Assembly (NCBI GenBank): GCA_951406725.2
Contig: OX597826.1
Span: 43,772,001-43,836,000, forward strand
From: Octopus vulgaris
Taxonomy: Eukaryota
Length of the DNA: 64,000 nt
Reading direction: 5' to 3'
Under the pieces are notes generated by a model, which saw nothing but the letters and a program-made list of their open reading frames with translations, did not search any database and had not been told where the DNA came from. The translations under genes were made by a program, and so were the position numbers. Below are positions 1-13,320 of the stretch, one piece after another (the first letter of the stretch is position 1; the number at the start of each line of letters is the position of its first letter).

Positions 1-96
1 ATACATACATTATGTATATATGCGTACACATATATGTGTATACATGTATATACATGTATATATGTATATATACACACGCATACGTATGTATATATA

Positions 97-192
<96 letters not shown>
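1..192. repeat. (TA)n / (TACA)n microsatellite
   Basis: Visible directly; accounts for the YIYIYI ORFs. Representative of dozens of (TA)n, (CA)n, (CATA)n, (TATC)n, (TAA)n and (GA)n tracts across the window. Confidence 0.98.
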
Positions 193-195
<3 letters not shown>

Positions 196-527
196 GCAGA
201 TACCAGTAAGCAAGCATTAATTATGCTACATAACTTGGGGGAATTTAAGGAGAAATATCGTTGCAGAAACAAATGCTGTACATAATTAATTTTGATATAG
301 AGAAAATTACAGTTTATTTTGCTGAAAGACTTATAAAATAAGTAAATTTTATAAGCACACAGCATACAAGCACAAGCACGTGCTCACATACAGAAATATA
401 CATATTGAAATGCACAAGCACACACACACACACATATACACTCACTATCACTTTCTATCTTGCCATGCATACTTTGTTTTCTTCGTCACTCTTTAACACG
501 GAATACCTAATATAACTTCATCTCCCT

Positions 528-690
<163 letters not shown>

Positions 691-808
691 TACATATCTC
701 TACTTATCAATCTATATATGATTCTACTTACCTATATATTTCACTCTCAATTTATGCATTAACTCGCATTGTATGAATGTATATATATACATATATATGC
801 ATGTATCC

Positions 809-882
<74 letters not shown>

Positions 883-1313
883 GTATTTATCTGCCATTCT
901 ACCTAAATATCTGTGCCACACATACAAGCAGATGTGCTTAAGAGCAATCATGCGTTTTCATTCACTTTATTTAACTGACATACAATAATATATTTACAGC
1001 AACAACAGTCTTGCTATCATATCAATAATCCATTTAATAGCTTCTGCTGTGTTTCTAGCTATTATATTGAATCATATCTCTGTTTTATGCGGTATTATAG
1101 CGACTTTTCAGAATTAGTCTCCAAACCTAAACACGTTATAACACAAATTTGCTTACACGCTGCCTTTTATTTTTGTTATTTTTGTTATTTTTGTTTATTT
1201 GTTTTCTTGGTAACTCATAATATTGTTTCTCCCACAACCAGTCTCCATAAATTCATTATTATTATTTTAGGTGGACACAAACTCGCATAAAAACAGTTAC
1301 ACACAAACATACA

Positions 1314-1353
<40 letters not shown>

Positions 1354-1643
1354 AACATGTATACATATACATATATGTGTACATACAACACACACGCACA
1401 AACATATATATGTGTGTGTGCGCCAGTGTGTATGTTGGTATATATATATATATGTGTATGTGTGTGTGTGTGTGTGTGTGTGCACATGCCTCTCTGTGTG
1501 TATGCGTGTTTTCATACGACTATACGTTTCCATGTGTTGCTTTCCCTTAATAGTCGATGTAAAACCTCCATTGTTTATAATTCGTTTGAGTATTGTCTTT
1601 CATTCGTTGTCTTTCTGGCAATAAAAATGAATTATTATCATAA

Positions 1644-1691
<48 letters not shown>

Positions 1692-1724
1692 TTTGTCATC
1701 ATCATCGTCATCATCTTTATTATA

Positions 1725-1905
1725 GTGAATTGGTAAAATTTTTAGAGCGTCGTATAAAATATTTACCGGCATTTCTTTTGGCGTTTTACGTTCTGAAACC
1801 CATTTCGACTTCGCCTTCCATCCCCCCAGAAACGCTAAAATACTGCCCCCGTTTTGGTAATGCATTCGATGTAATAGACTTTCTCTCCTCTCCCGAAAAT
1901 TCCTG
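1725..1905 (+). mobile_element. Old, decayed Meta-domain-like SINE
   Basis: ttttacgttctga...cgacttcgccttccatcc resembles the younger copies at 12417 and 28463. Confidence 0.45.
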
Positions 1906-1959
1906 GTCTATGTGCCAAAATGTGAAACCATCAAGTGATCATGAGAGAAACCATCATGA

Positions 1960-3270
1960 GAGAATACTTCGTTTGTACAGGAGTAGACGATACAGATAAA
2001 ATCAGTGGGTTTGCAACTAGGCTCTTGTAGTCCGTATTAAGTCGCAGCGATTTCTGTCGCTGAACTGAGGGGTGAACGTGTTCGAAGTCTGGTTCGGACC
2101 AAGTTGCCAGTCAGATAGTAGCTGGCGAAAGGTAACGAGCAGAGTTGTCAATCTCATGAAAAAATGGAAGCTGTCTATGAAAGGTATGATGGAAGTATCG
2201 AATGCATACATAACCTCAGTGGCGTACTACCGCCTGACCGTCGTACCTTGTCCCAAAAGTAGGCTGACTAGTTTGGAGTGCGTTCTTTTCTGATTCTTAT
2301 GAAAGAGTTAGATTTCGCTAGTCAAGATTCCATCTGCCGTCAGCTCCCATTCTGTGGTGATCTCGGAAGGCCGTCCTTGTTGATGCACCGGCAACCGCTG
2401 ATGCTCACTCATCTGCATCTGGATTACTTCAATGATGTCAACGAAATGGAGTGCGTGTCTTTCGTGTGACGCATCATCTCCCAACTATGCTGCAAGCATG
2501 GAACAAGCGTACACTAAAAATGGGCGTTTGCCATCTAAAATATCACTATGCGCTAACATCACTGTTCCATGTGGACAAAACCGATAGTAAGAAAAACGCT
2601 TAAGATTGCTATATAGGGTTTGTTGAGTGTATGAGCGACGATGGCCTAGGACTGAGTCTGGGCATCGATGGTCAAAGTGGTCTCTTCTGGAGGAATATTA
2701 GATAGAAAATTATGGAAAACTTCCAGAAGGCTGTTGGTAGTACTGTAGAGAAGAGAGTGAAGTATTACCTGTCAGAGGAAGGTCTACAGGTATGGAAGCG
2801 CTAACGGCTGAACCTATCTGAAAAGCATACAGAAGGACGGAATCGTCTTGTATACAATCATTCAGTATTCGTGGAATAGCAACTGAGGTGCATGTCCTGA
2901 GCAGTTGCTGTTTTGTGTAAGATGAACCTGGCTGTTCGCCGAGTGTAGAGCAGGGAAGAGTGAGGGAAGAAGACCTTTATCTGTTTGGTGGCTGTAGCTA
3001 AAGGAGGCTGTGTGGCGAACCCATCTGAAATGTTTGAAGACAGGCACTTTCCTATCTAACCAGGATGAGGGTAGAGAGGGAAGTGCTGTCTTCTAATGTG
3101 TCCTTCAAAAGGCAGACCAGAGTTGCAAAACTGGTAAAGCTGAACGTGCTTACCCCGAGTGTGCTTTTCTAAGTAGGAGGAAAGAAATTGGACGGAGGTA
3201 TTTTCGATGCCTTGAAGACGGCAGAGTAATCCATAACATTTGTGTAGGGTTTTCTCCGAACTTACTCTAA
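1960..3270 (+). mobile_element. Decayed Tx1/L1-clade LINE, 3' part of ORF2
   Basis: ORF 2072-2293 (VFEVWFGPSCQSDSSWRKVTSRVVNL..KLSMKG..EVSNAY) is homologous to LLGVWFGPDLQVEKNWNEITSRVVTL..KLSLKGRAEVANTY at 38.8 kb. 3000-3135 aligns with 39250-39420. Many stops and frameshifts. Confidence 0.85.
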
Positions 3271-3506
3271 CTAGACAACTCTGCTATTGGGGATTCTATT
3301 GAATTTATATATATTTTCTGAATTCTATGTTTATATATTTTATTATAGATTTATTGTTGTGGTTATACCTGTTGTTCGATGTAAACCTCATCTTTTATGT
3401 ATGTTGTATTTAGTATTTTATGTAGTTTTCAATGTTCTGGACTATTGTGTCCATTAGCAGAAATCATCATCATCATCATCGACATCGTCATCGTCGTCAT
3501 GATCGT

Positions 3507-3607
<101 letters not shown>

Positions 3608-3639
3608 CTTTATTATTTTCAATTGCTTGTACAGTTCTT

Positions 3640-4622
3640 TATCATTGCAATCTTTCATCCTACACAAGCCTGACCTTCTTACTTCTAATAATAGCGGTTC
3701 TGTGTCATTTGTAAATACCATGCTATGTTGTTTTCTTCTGCTCTGATGCTGTATTCGCACCCAGTAAGTCCTCTTCCTCTGTTATCCTTGGTACATACAG
3801 TCTGTCTGTGTAAATGTTTGGGTGGAGTGTCCCATATCTAGTTACCAACTTCCTTGTATTTCTGTCTAAGCTATTTAGTTCGTCTACTCACCTTGCGATT
3901 ACCCCTGCTCCATATCTAAGGAGTGAAACTGCCCAGGTGTTGATAGCTTGTACTTTTTCTGCTCAAGACTTTCACAGGCACTAACAAAGTCAGTCACGCT
4001 TTCGACCCTCTTCACACACATACTTGTGTGGCATATTTCCCTTTTCCCTGAGCTGGTATTCAATGCCTGATCCTGGGCAGCGATGATTAAGCTTTCAGTA
4101 TTCTTTTTTAGGTCACCCTTGCTGAGCCACCTCCATAATTCTTCCCGGTTTTATAATTTGCTAGTTTCACAGTGGCACTGACCATGTAATTCCATGCCGA
4201 GTAGTGTGTCTTTTCTCTCGTTGGCTTTTCATGATCAGAATTCATAAGCACTCTCAAGTCCATTTTCAGTAAATCTTTCTGCATTAGCAGCACACTGTAG
4301 CAGGTCTTGTTTATTGTTTACCAAATATTCTGCCATATTTCTTCTTTCACTGTTGATGCACTCCCGTACGCTAAGCAGCCTCTGTCCACCTTTACCTCGC
4401 TTCATGCAGAGCCTGTGTACATTCGCCTTAAGTTGGAGGGTACTATGCATTGTCATTGTCTTTCGGGTATCGCGATCGAGTTGGCTAATATCCGCTTGTG
4501 CACATTTCAGGATGGGTGCACTGTAGCAGACTACAGAAACAGCCCATATGTTGATGGGAGCCACAAGGTTCCTTGAGTTGAGTTTTAATTTCAAGAGAAG
4601 TTTGAGACGCTTGAAATATGCA
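3640..4622 (-). mobile_element. R4/Dong-clade non-LTR retrotransposon fragment (post-RT region to CCHC region), decayed
   Basis: KLNSRNLVAPINIWAVSVVCYSAPILK..QLDRDTRKTMTMH..KANVHRLCMKRGKGGQRLLSVREC, then LKKNTESLIIAAQDQALNT near 4110-4050. Both are characteristic of R4/Dong ORFs. Confidence 0.85.
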
Positions 4623-4896
4623 GTTCTCATTTTAAGATACCACATCTTTTGTATTTCAATTTCCAGGTTCTTATATTTACTTAATTTGCCAAATTCCTTG
4701 ACAGATATGTTTTTATCAGTGGTAACACTTCTTACATCTAATAGTCTACAAATATTTTATTCCCTGTCTTTAATAATTATATCTGGTTGATTAGCCTAGG
4801 TCATAATGTCAATGCTGAGGGGAAAATCCCAGAGTATACTGACACTTTTACCTTCAACGACTGGCTCAGGATAATGTTCATACCAGTAAGCAAGGA
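4622..4896 (-). mobile_element. R4/Dong restriction-like endonuclease (RLE) fragment
   Basis: WYEHYPEPVVEGKSVSILWDF..*ANQPDIIIKDRE*NICRLLDV..DKNISVKEFGKLSKYKNLEIEIQKMWYLK is a PD..D/E..K RLE domain. It begins directly after a (TAA)n tract. Confidence 0.85.
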
Positions 4897-4919
4897 TATT
4901 ATTATTATTATTATTATTA

Positions 4920-5183
4920 CTTTTTTGACTTTTGCTTTCAAATGTTGCTTCCATTTCTTGCTCGAGTGTCTTCCTGACTCCTAGAGGCAAAGAAACTCAA
5001 AGGTAGTATACATTGGTAGGCCATTAAACCAAACTCAATAGTTCGTTCATTTTTTTTTTAAGTAAATTAAAATACATGAGCAGCAACAGTTCTCACATCG
5101 ACAATGCTCTTCTCAATACGTGTGATGTACCAGTTAAGACAATCTTTTGCACTTCTTGCAGGGATGGTAAGCCAGGGATCATT
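4920..5183 (-). mobile_element. 5'-truncated R4/Dong C-terminus plus 3' UTR between (TAA)n tracts
   Basis: MIPGLPSLQEVQKIVLTGTSHVLRRALSM* matches the Dong-type QK..L.GT..ILR..L end. The UTR runs into (TAA)n at 4897-4919. Confidence 0.8.
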
Positions 5184-5191
5184 CTCTTCTT

Positions 5192-5309
<118 letters not shown>

Positions 5310-6404
5310 TTGTGCATGGCAGAATTGCTTGCGGTTCCACTAACAGTGTTCTCTAAAATTAGAAACAGACTAAAGTAAGTACTAGGGTGGATATAATGCG
5401 GTAAAACCCTGAGAATCTGTCCCAGTATGGTCTTAGTTCAACACTTAATGAAACACAAGGAATGAAAGAGTAAAAAGAAAGCAATCAGAAGAACAAATCA
5501 CTTAATATGCAACAGCAACAGCCACAACAAAAACAAAATAAAAATATAAGAAAAATTAAAGAAAAAAATGGAGAAAACATGGAAACAACAATACAATAAC
5601 AACACGAAAAATAACAGCAACTACAACAGCAGAAAGAGCAGCAGTAGCAACATCAACAACAACAACTCGCAAGCACTCCTTAATTTCGCAGTTCCCCTAA
5701 AGAAGACTGTTGATGGTGTGACGTAATTATCAAACAACAAAGAAAAGTATCCACCAAGTGGCAAACTACACACGTCTACTGAGGACCAGAACAGAAGTCT
5801 GCACACACTTGCTGTTAAGAATTCCCACATGACATGAAATATTTCAAAGTGGAAACGGCCATTGCAATAGTGTAAAGGTTTCTTTGGGGCACGCCGTAAA
5901 TCAGGTAGCCGAGTTATCAAGAACATAGACAACATCGATTCTTCCATGTAACTTAGACCCAACATATTGTTACTGAAGCGATGATGGTGGTTTTGTTATT
6001 TGTTATTTCTTCTTCCTCACTAAATGTATTTGTAGTCTTTCAGTAGATATTGAATATAATTTTCTTATAAAACAAGGTTCCCACCTCCTTGATTATGCGG
6101 TAAACCTAATCACTCATTGTTGGTTTTTACGTGGTATATTATATATGTAGTTATTATTGCTTCTGGTTTTCTTTTCTCGCTTTACTAATTCACTTAACTT
6201 CTGGTTGAGAATATTATAACGAGAACCTATTATTGTAACAGTTAGACTTTATGTCTATCTCCTTCCTTTTGGTTTTCAGCTTTGTTATTCAGCTGTGTTA
6301 TTCATCTGAAGCTTCTGTAATATTATATGTTCACTTGTTCTTTCATCCGTGTATGTTGTACGCTGTTTGATTCTTTTAATTCTTGTTCGAGTTACATCTA
6401 CAGA

Positions 6405-6800
6405 TGCAATATTCGGGTACATCATCAGTGCTGTGTCCTAGAGCCACTGTTGTTTCGGCTCTTGCAACATACCCTCTTACCTAGGTGACGTGACCAGAGT
6501 TGATCAATTCTAGCTCTTTGTTCAAGTAGCATTCTACTGACACCCACTCATCAGCTCTTTTCGGCCAGAGATACCTAGATGCTTTCTCAATGACCTCTAC
6601 ATTGTTCGTGATGCTTCTTCGGCTCAATTCTGTAACGCTCAGGATTCCCTAGGCATTATTCGAAGTACGAATGGTGAGCCCTCGACTATCAACTCCTACT
6701 ATCAAATACTTATTCTTGCTGCAGTTCTATATTAAATCCTGGTATTTAGTTATCTTACGCTTTTGTATCTCCTCCACTTTCTTTTCCCAGAACGAATATT
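6405..6800 (-). mobile_element. HERO-clade non-LTR retrotransposon, RLE C-terminus plus 3' UTR, decayed
   Basis: Manual translation FWEKKVEEIQKRKITKYQDLI*NC..VGVDSRG..IEKASRYLWPKRADEW resembles the HERO pattern PWE..EEA.ERK..KY..L...C..EVGCRG..AEKASRWLW.KR..PW. The UTR has the tgatcaac..cgaaac..cactgatgatgt pattern. Confidence 0.75.
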
Positions 6801-7289
6801 TGTAAGTCTGCGTGTGGTCTAACAATCCAATCCCAGCATTTTTTTTATCTGGCTTAATATAAATGTATTTTAATAATTTTCTCTGCTTCATGTTTTCTTT
6901 CGTTTATTTTCTTTGTAATTTGACAACATGCAGAGTATTTTGCTACTGTAGTGACTGCAATACATACATACATACATACATACATACATACATACATACA
7001 TACATACATACATACATACATACATACATACATACATACATACATACATACATACATGCATACATATATACATACATACATACATGCTTGCATGCATGCA
7101 TGCATGCTTATATACATGCATACATACATACATACATACATACATATACATGAATTCATATATATTTTATATACATACGTATGTAGTATATAATGAATAT
7201 AAACATATGTAGGTACATATATACATGCATATATATATATATACATATTCATATGCATACATACACACACACACCCACGCACACACACA

Positions 7290-7355
<66 letters not shown>

Positions 7356-7663
7356 CATCACTTTACATATTTTTTATATGTGCATATACCCGCAGTATAT
7401 AGACAAATATACATACATATATGCATGTATATCTATACATACATGAATTTATATAGATAGAGATACACACACACACCCACTTATGCAGTGTCTATGATAT
7501 TGTTTTCTGTTGTATGTCTACATAATTCTTGGAATGTTGGTTACTGTAAGTGTCTGCAACTATATTAATTATTAACAAGTAACTCATTATTTTGCAAAGT
7601 ATTTCTCATTTCAATCTCTCTCCTCATTCAGTTTACCTCCCCAGATTTTTATGGTCGCTTGTA

Positions 7664-7729
<66 letters not shown>

Positions 7730-8211
7730 TATTGTTTTCTGTTGTTATGCTTTCGGGAGAGAGGACGTGTTCAGACAGTGCACTGTGCTGGATTCAAGTT
7801 ACAATGTATTTATTATTATTATTACCGGAGTGTTATGCGTCATATGACGGGAAACTTTGGAATTATACTTTTGTCACCTTTGATAATATCAGGAAATATG
7901 GCATACATACAATAATTAACTTTTATCAAATTTCTTAGTGCTTATACAAAAATGATAAAGATCAGTGCTAATTTTCAAAAGAAAGACTTCTATTATTTTC
8001 TATAATTCCCCCCGAACTATCTAGTCATTTACTCCCTTACCTCCTCCTCCTCCTCCTCCTCCTCCATATCTATGATTCTTTCTCTCTCATTGAATCATTC
8101 ACAGAGGAGGAGTGAATTGCATTCCTTTAATCATTTCCCTCCACCAAGCCTAGTATGTGCGCTCGTTCTGTACATTTTATATGATCTTTTTTCTGCATCT
8201 CTCTTTTACTT

Positions 8212-8266
<55 letters not shown>

Positions 8267-8869
8267 GTCGTTCTATATACATATTTATAGATGCAAAAAC
8301 TAAAGCTTGTCGTTGGACATTTTTGTCTATTTCAATTTTATAAATAACCACTTTCTTCTGTAATAACCTGTTTTCTTCGTTTAGCTTACACGGCCACAAG
8401 AACTTTGGACAGGTGCTCGAAAAAATAAACATCATTTCAAACAAGCGAACACAGACATTTTGTGCGAAACAGCAAATAATGGCAATTTTAACGCTGACCA
8501 ACAATGATATTAGCAATAGATAAAGTTTCAAATATTTTTCACATTTTTTTCGCCAAAAAGGAAATTCAAACAATGAATAAACTCTCAGAAAATATGATTT
8601 AAGTATATCATGACTTTTTTTATGTATCCTCGTGTTGCGATTTTGATGAAGTAAATGGCGGGGGTTTCAGTATAACTTCGAAGGGGATGTTCAATGAAGC
8701 CTTGTTTGGTATATGCAAAATTGTGGTTTCCATTGATGGAAGAAAGACATATAAGAGTATATGTCCAGTGTTCAATACCGGGAAAGATACAAGGTGCCAG
8801 TCTGTGTTAATGTAACACAAAGGTGACCAAATATGCTCGGTAAAGATAAAGTCACCTTTTTGAATCATC

Positions 8870-9120
8870 TGTTTGTTTGTTCCTTCTCGAGCCATCCCTG
8901 GCTCATAAGGTCCGGTTTCCCGGTTTCCTTGGCGTATAGGCTCCCCACCTGGACGGGACGCCGGTCCGTTGCAGTACATTTATGTCAGCAGAGTGGACTG
9001 GAGCAACGTGAAGTGAAGTGTTTTGCTCAAGTGTTTTGCTCAACACCCGGTCCAGTAATCGAAACCACAATCTTACTGTCATGAGCCCAACACCCTAAGC
9101 ACTAAGCCACGCACTCCCAT
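8870..9120 (-). mobile_element. tRNA-derived SINE (modular-tail family)
   Basis: A box gtggcttagtgc, B box gtttcgattac and ttgagcaaaacacttcacttcacgttgctccagtccactc body on the minus strand. Confidence 0.8.
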
Positions 9121-9559
9121 TAGACGTGATCAAATGCCCGTTTCACAACTTATGGGGCACCAGAGAGCAAGAATCAAAGTTAGAGAATGTAACTAAGATA
9201 TTGACCTTTGCATCCCGGTTATCTTTGCAACATTATCAAGCTCTGAGTGCCGAGGCGAACAAAGCCACATGTGAATGTGTAGGATGTACATGGACAAGCT
9301 TAGCCTTATCTCTGTAGTTCATAGAAGCATCTTGAAGCTGCATAACAGCGTGTGATCAGAAGGAAAAGGGGTCAACTGGTATTATGGGATAGGCAACTGA
9401 GCTTTGTACTTACGATTGTGAGTTCAGTATGAAGGTTCTTTTCTCTAAGACTTATGTTTCCCTTAGAGCTATCCTGGGGCTCACAGAATATAATTTCCTA
9501 CTGTGAGATAGATAATTTTCGCCTACACAAACGCATACTCATAAACTGGCACGATGACG

Positions 9560-9836
9560 TGGGTTAGATTTGATCCGATCAACAGAACAGCCTGCAAGTG
9601 GCTGCATACTCCACAGACACGCGTACTCTTAGTTCTCCGGATGATACAGCGTGACACAGGATGTGACAAGGCTGGCTCTTTCAAATACAAGTACTATTCA
9701 TTTTTGCCAGTTGAGTGGACTGGAGCAATGTGAAATAAAGTGTCTTGCTCAAGAGCACAACATGTCGCCGGGAATTGAACTCACGACCTTGCGATCGTGA
9801 GCCGAATACGCCTAAATACTCGGCTACGCGCCTTCA
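9560..9836 (-). mobile_element. tRNA-derived SINE (modular-tail family)
   Basis: Aligns along its length with 36840-37165. Confidence 0.8.
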
Positions 9837-10159
9837 CACACATACACATACACACACATACATATGCACACACGAACAAACAGACAGACGCCTACATACA
9901 CGTGTACACACGTACACATAGAAGTGCATATGTACATATGAGGCACACACAAACGCGCATGCTCGTTCGTAAGTACACACACATACACACTTACGCGTTC
10001 GTGCAAACACGTTAAAAAACATGAAACATGAATCAAATTAGGTTGATTTCATTTGTCACATATTATTGTATCAGTGATGGTGTCCGTACTCAATGCACTT
10101 AATTTGCCTTCGTTGCTCGACACATAGATGACGGAAGAGGTAGACAAATAGAAATAGAT

Positions 10160-10193
<34 letters not shown>

Positions 10194-10523
10194 TGTGAAA
10201 AAGAGAGAGAGAGGAAGAAGGAGAAAGAGAAGACAAGTGCATGGCAATAGAAATGGACCGTAAAAAGGCAGTATATTGGAAGTCAGTCAATCATCAGTAA
10301 AAAGCCATTCATACGAATTTCTGAGAAGCCATATTACAACAAGCTGCTAGAAATGAAATCATGTGACTAAGATTGGATCAACGTAAACTGGTACCAAACT
10401 ACTTACTAAGGCACGTGGTCTAATTGAACACCTATACTGAAGAATGCTACATACTTACGTACATGCATACATGCATAAATACATACATACATACATACAT
10501 ACATACATACATACATACATACA

Positions 10524-10557
<34 letters not shown>

Positions 10558-10819
10558 CATACATGCATAGATACATATATACATGCAAGCACTCATACCG
10601 ATACACATATTTATACATACAACTTTGCAAACTGTTGCACTATCACACCGTTTCACTTTATTACTGTATCAGTTGTTGAACTGAACACAGATAAACGACT
10701 GAATACAGTTAGATAGGTAAGCTGTAATTAGACAGATAGGTAGATTGATTGATAAATCAATAGATAGATAGGTGGATAGCTGACATATGCATACATACAC
10801 ACACACTCACATACATAAA

Positions 10820-10850
<31 letters not shown>

Positions 10851-10853
10851 GTA

Positions 10854-10923
<70 letters not shown>

Positions 10924-11062
10924 TTATAATAATAACAATATTAGGGAGTAAATCCAAACTTACAGGGAAAAATTAGATTTAGGATTAAATCTAATTTTAC
11001 AGTATAAATATATTTGATTTGCCTAATAATGGTTTTATCTGTAATTTAATATATATATATAT

Positions 11063-11287
11063 ATTTCTTTACTACCCACAGGGGGCTAAACACAGAGGGA
11101 ACTAACAAGGACGGACAAAGGGATTAAGTCTATTACATCGACCTCAGTGCGTAACTGGTACTTATTTAATCGACCGACCCCGAAAGGATGAAAGGCAAAG
11201 TCGACCTCGGCGGAATTGGAACTCATAGCGTAACGGCAGACGAAATACCGATAAGCATTTCGCCCGGCGTGCTAACGATTCTGCTCC
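11063..11287 (-). mobile_element. Meta-domain-like SINE with Tx1-like tail
   Basis: Minus strand carries gccgaggtcgactttgcctttcatcctttcggggtcg and the tail gcccc..gtgggtagtaaagaaata. Confidence 0.88.
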
Positions 11288-11289
11288 TA

Positions 11290-11532
11290 CTTCTTCACTC
11301 TCCTGTGTGACTCTTCTGTCCGGCAGTCGCCATGATAGATCGGTAGCCACTACACACATTTTTTTTCTTTCCTTGTTTCTTTCTGTGTTTATTTCTGTGT
11401 AAGAGCGTAGGCTCGAAACGTAAAAGACTTTTTCAATTCCCGAGCGTTATACTAATACATCTGTTTATTTTCTACACCTGTTTGTTTTCTACACGTGTCC
11501 TTCGTCTTTTGTTTTTTTCGTGAATTCTCCCT
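11290..11532 (+). mobile_element. Short non-coding repeat with hammerhead-like motif (family B)
   Basis: Near-identical to 57808-58000 and to 58405-58548 (minus). Contains UUU CUGUGUA AGAGC GUAG GCUC GAAAC GUA AAA at 11392-11425. Ends at (TA)n. Confidence 0.75.
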
Positions 11533-12019
11533 ATATATATATACATTTATACATTTACATGTATTTATAAATATGGAGATAGGTAAAAAGGAAGCAGAAG
11601 TTAAACTTATCGTTTCGCTCTTCAGCTGTAAATCTGTCCATTATTCTTATATCTATTTCTTTTACTGGTTTCAATAATCTAAGCAAGGCCTCCATGTTGG
11701 AACACCGCCTTCACACGTTTTAGTCATTTATATCGATCCCAGTACTTTCTGGGATTTTTATTTCGTCATTTGAAAAATATGCGTTGAAAAGTATACTTTA
11801 GAGTAAGGGGAGACCACTGTCTTAGATTTTTAATATCGCAGCATATTTCTATCCAAATGTACCGATTCATATCCATCGCTAACATACACACATGCTCTAA
11901 CACACGCAAACACACACATGCACAAACACACACAAAACAAATAAAACACGAGCGTATTATTGTTTGCGTTTTAACTTAGCGCAACACCAGCGTGTATAAA
12001 ATCAGTAACGTTTATCAAC

Positions 12020-12059
<40 letters not shown>

Positions 12060-12416
12060 GCTGCTGATGATAGCGTGGTATGTATGCATAATTTCTCTAC
12101 ACGTCTTTCATAGGAACAGGAATAGGAATATGGATCTATAACCGAAGAGAAATTAAACATTACTTGTATGATTTTGTTTTTACATATGTTGCCTGTTTAC
12201 CTATAATTACCTTTCATGAATCATATATACACATAGTTACACACACGACTACTTTCTACGTAATTTATATGTTTTAGTTTAGCCCGAGCTGATGGGTAAG
12301 CACCGCGCTGTGGACCTGAACTTAGATTAAAGTGAACTACTTCATGAAGCAGTAATACTTGTTCTAATGTAGCAAAAACAATAATAATAATTGTTATTGC
12401 AATGCAAATAGTGTTA

Positions 12417-13320
12417 AAGGTGGGGAGCTGGCAGAATCGTTAGCACGCCGGACGAAATGCGTAGCCGTATTTCGTCTGGCGTTACGTTCTGAGTTCAAAT
12501 TCCGCCAAGGTCGACTTTGCCTTTCATCCTTTCGGGGTCGATTAAATAAGTACCAGTTACGCACTGGGGTCGATTTAATCGACTTAATCCATTTGTCTGT
12601 CCTTGTTTGTGGGTAGTAAAGAAATAAGTATTTCGTCTGCCGCTACGTTCTGAGTTCAAATTCCGCCAAGGTCGACTTTGCCATTCATCCTTTCGGGGTC
12701 GATAAATTAAGTACCAGTTACGCACTGAGGTCGATATAATCGACTTAATCCGTTTGTCTGTCCTTGTTTGTGGGCAGTAAAGAAATAAGTATTTCGTCTG
12801 CCGCTACGTTCTGAGTTCGAATTCCGCCAAGGTCGACTTTGCCTTTCATCCTTTCGGGGTCGATAAATTAAGTACCAGTTACGCACTGGGGTCGATATAA
12901 TCGACTTAATCCGTTTGTCTGTCCTTGTTTGTCCTCTCTGTGTTTAGCCCCTTGTGGGCAGTAAAGAAATAGGTATTTCGTCTGCCGCTACGTTCTGAGT
13001 TCGAATTCCGCCGAGGTCGACTTTGCCTTTCATCCTTTCTGGGCCGATTAAATAAGTACCAGTTACGCACTGGTGTCGATATACTCAATTTAATCCGTTT
13101 GTCTGACCTTGTTTGTCCCTCCTGTGTTTAGCCCATTGTGGGTAGTAAAGAAATAGGTATTTCGTCTGTCTTTATGTTTGAGTTCAAATTCCGCCGAGAT
13201 CGACTTTGCCTTTCATCCTTTCGGGGTTGATAAATTAAGTAACAGTTGCGTACTTAGTCGATCTAATCGACTGGCTCCTTCCAATAAATTTCGGGCCTTG
13301 TGTCTAGAGTAGAAAAGAAT
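12417..13320 (+). mobile_element. Head-to-tail array of five Meta-domain-like SINE bodies
   Basis: One tRNA-like head, then units starting gtatttcgtctg at 12467, 12628, 12789, 12973 and 13157 (spacings 161,161,184,184). The last unit has a different tail. Confidence 0.92.

Noticed and set aside
6415-6480. Hammerhead in the HERO 3' UTR (cgaaac ... cugauga on the minus strand)
   Set aside because: Boxes are present, but the required stems and UH site do not form in this copy.
9130-9360. Possible CRE-like RLE remnant
   Set aside because: Only scattered residues across frameshifts; not supportable without a profile search.
12417-13320. CRISPR-like or satellite array
   Set aside because: Units are 161-184-bp SINE bodies with no unique spacers; eukaryotic context and no cas genes.
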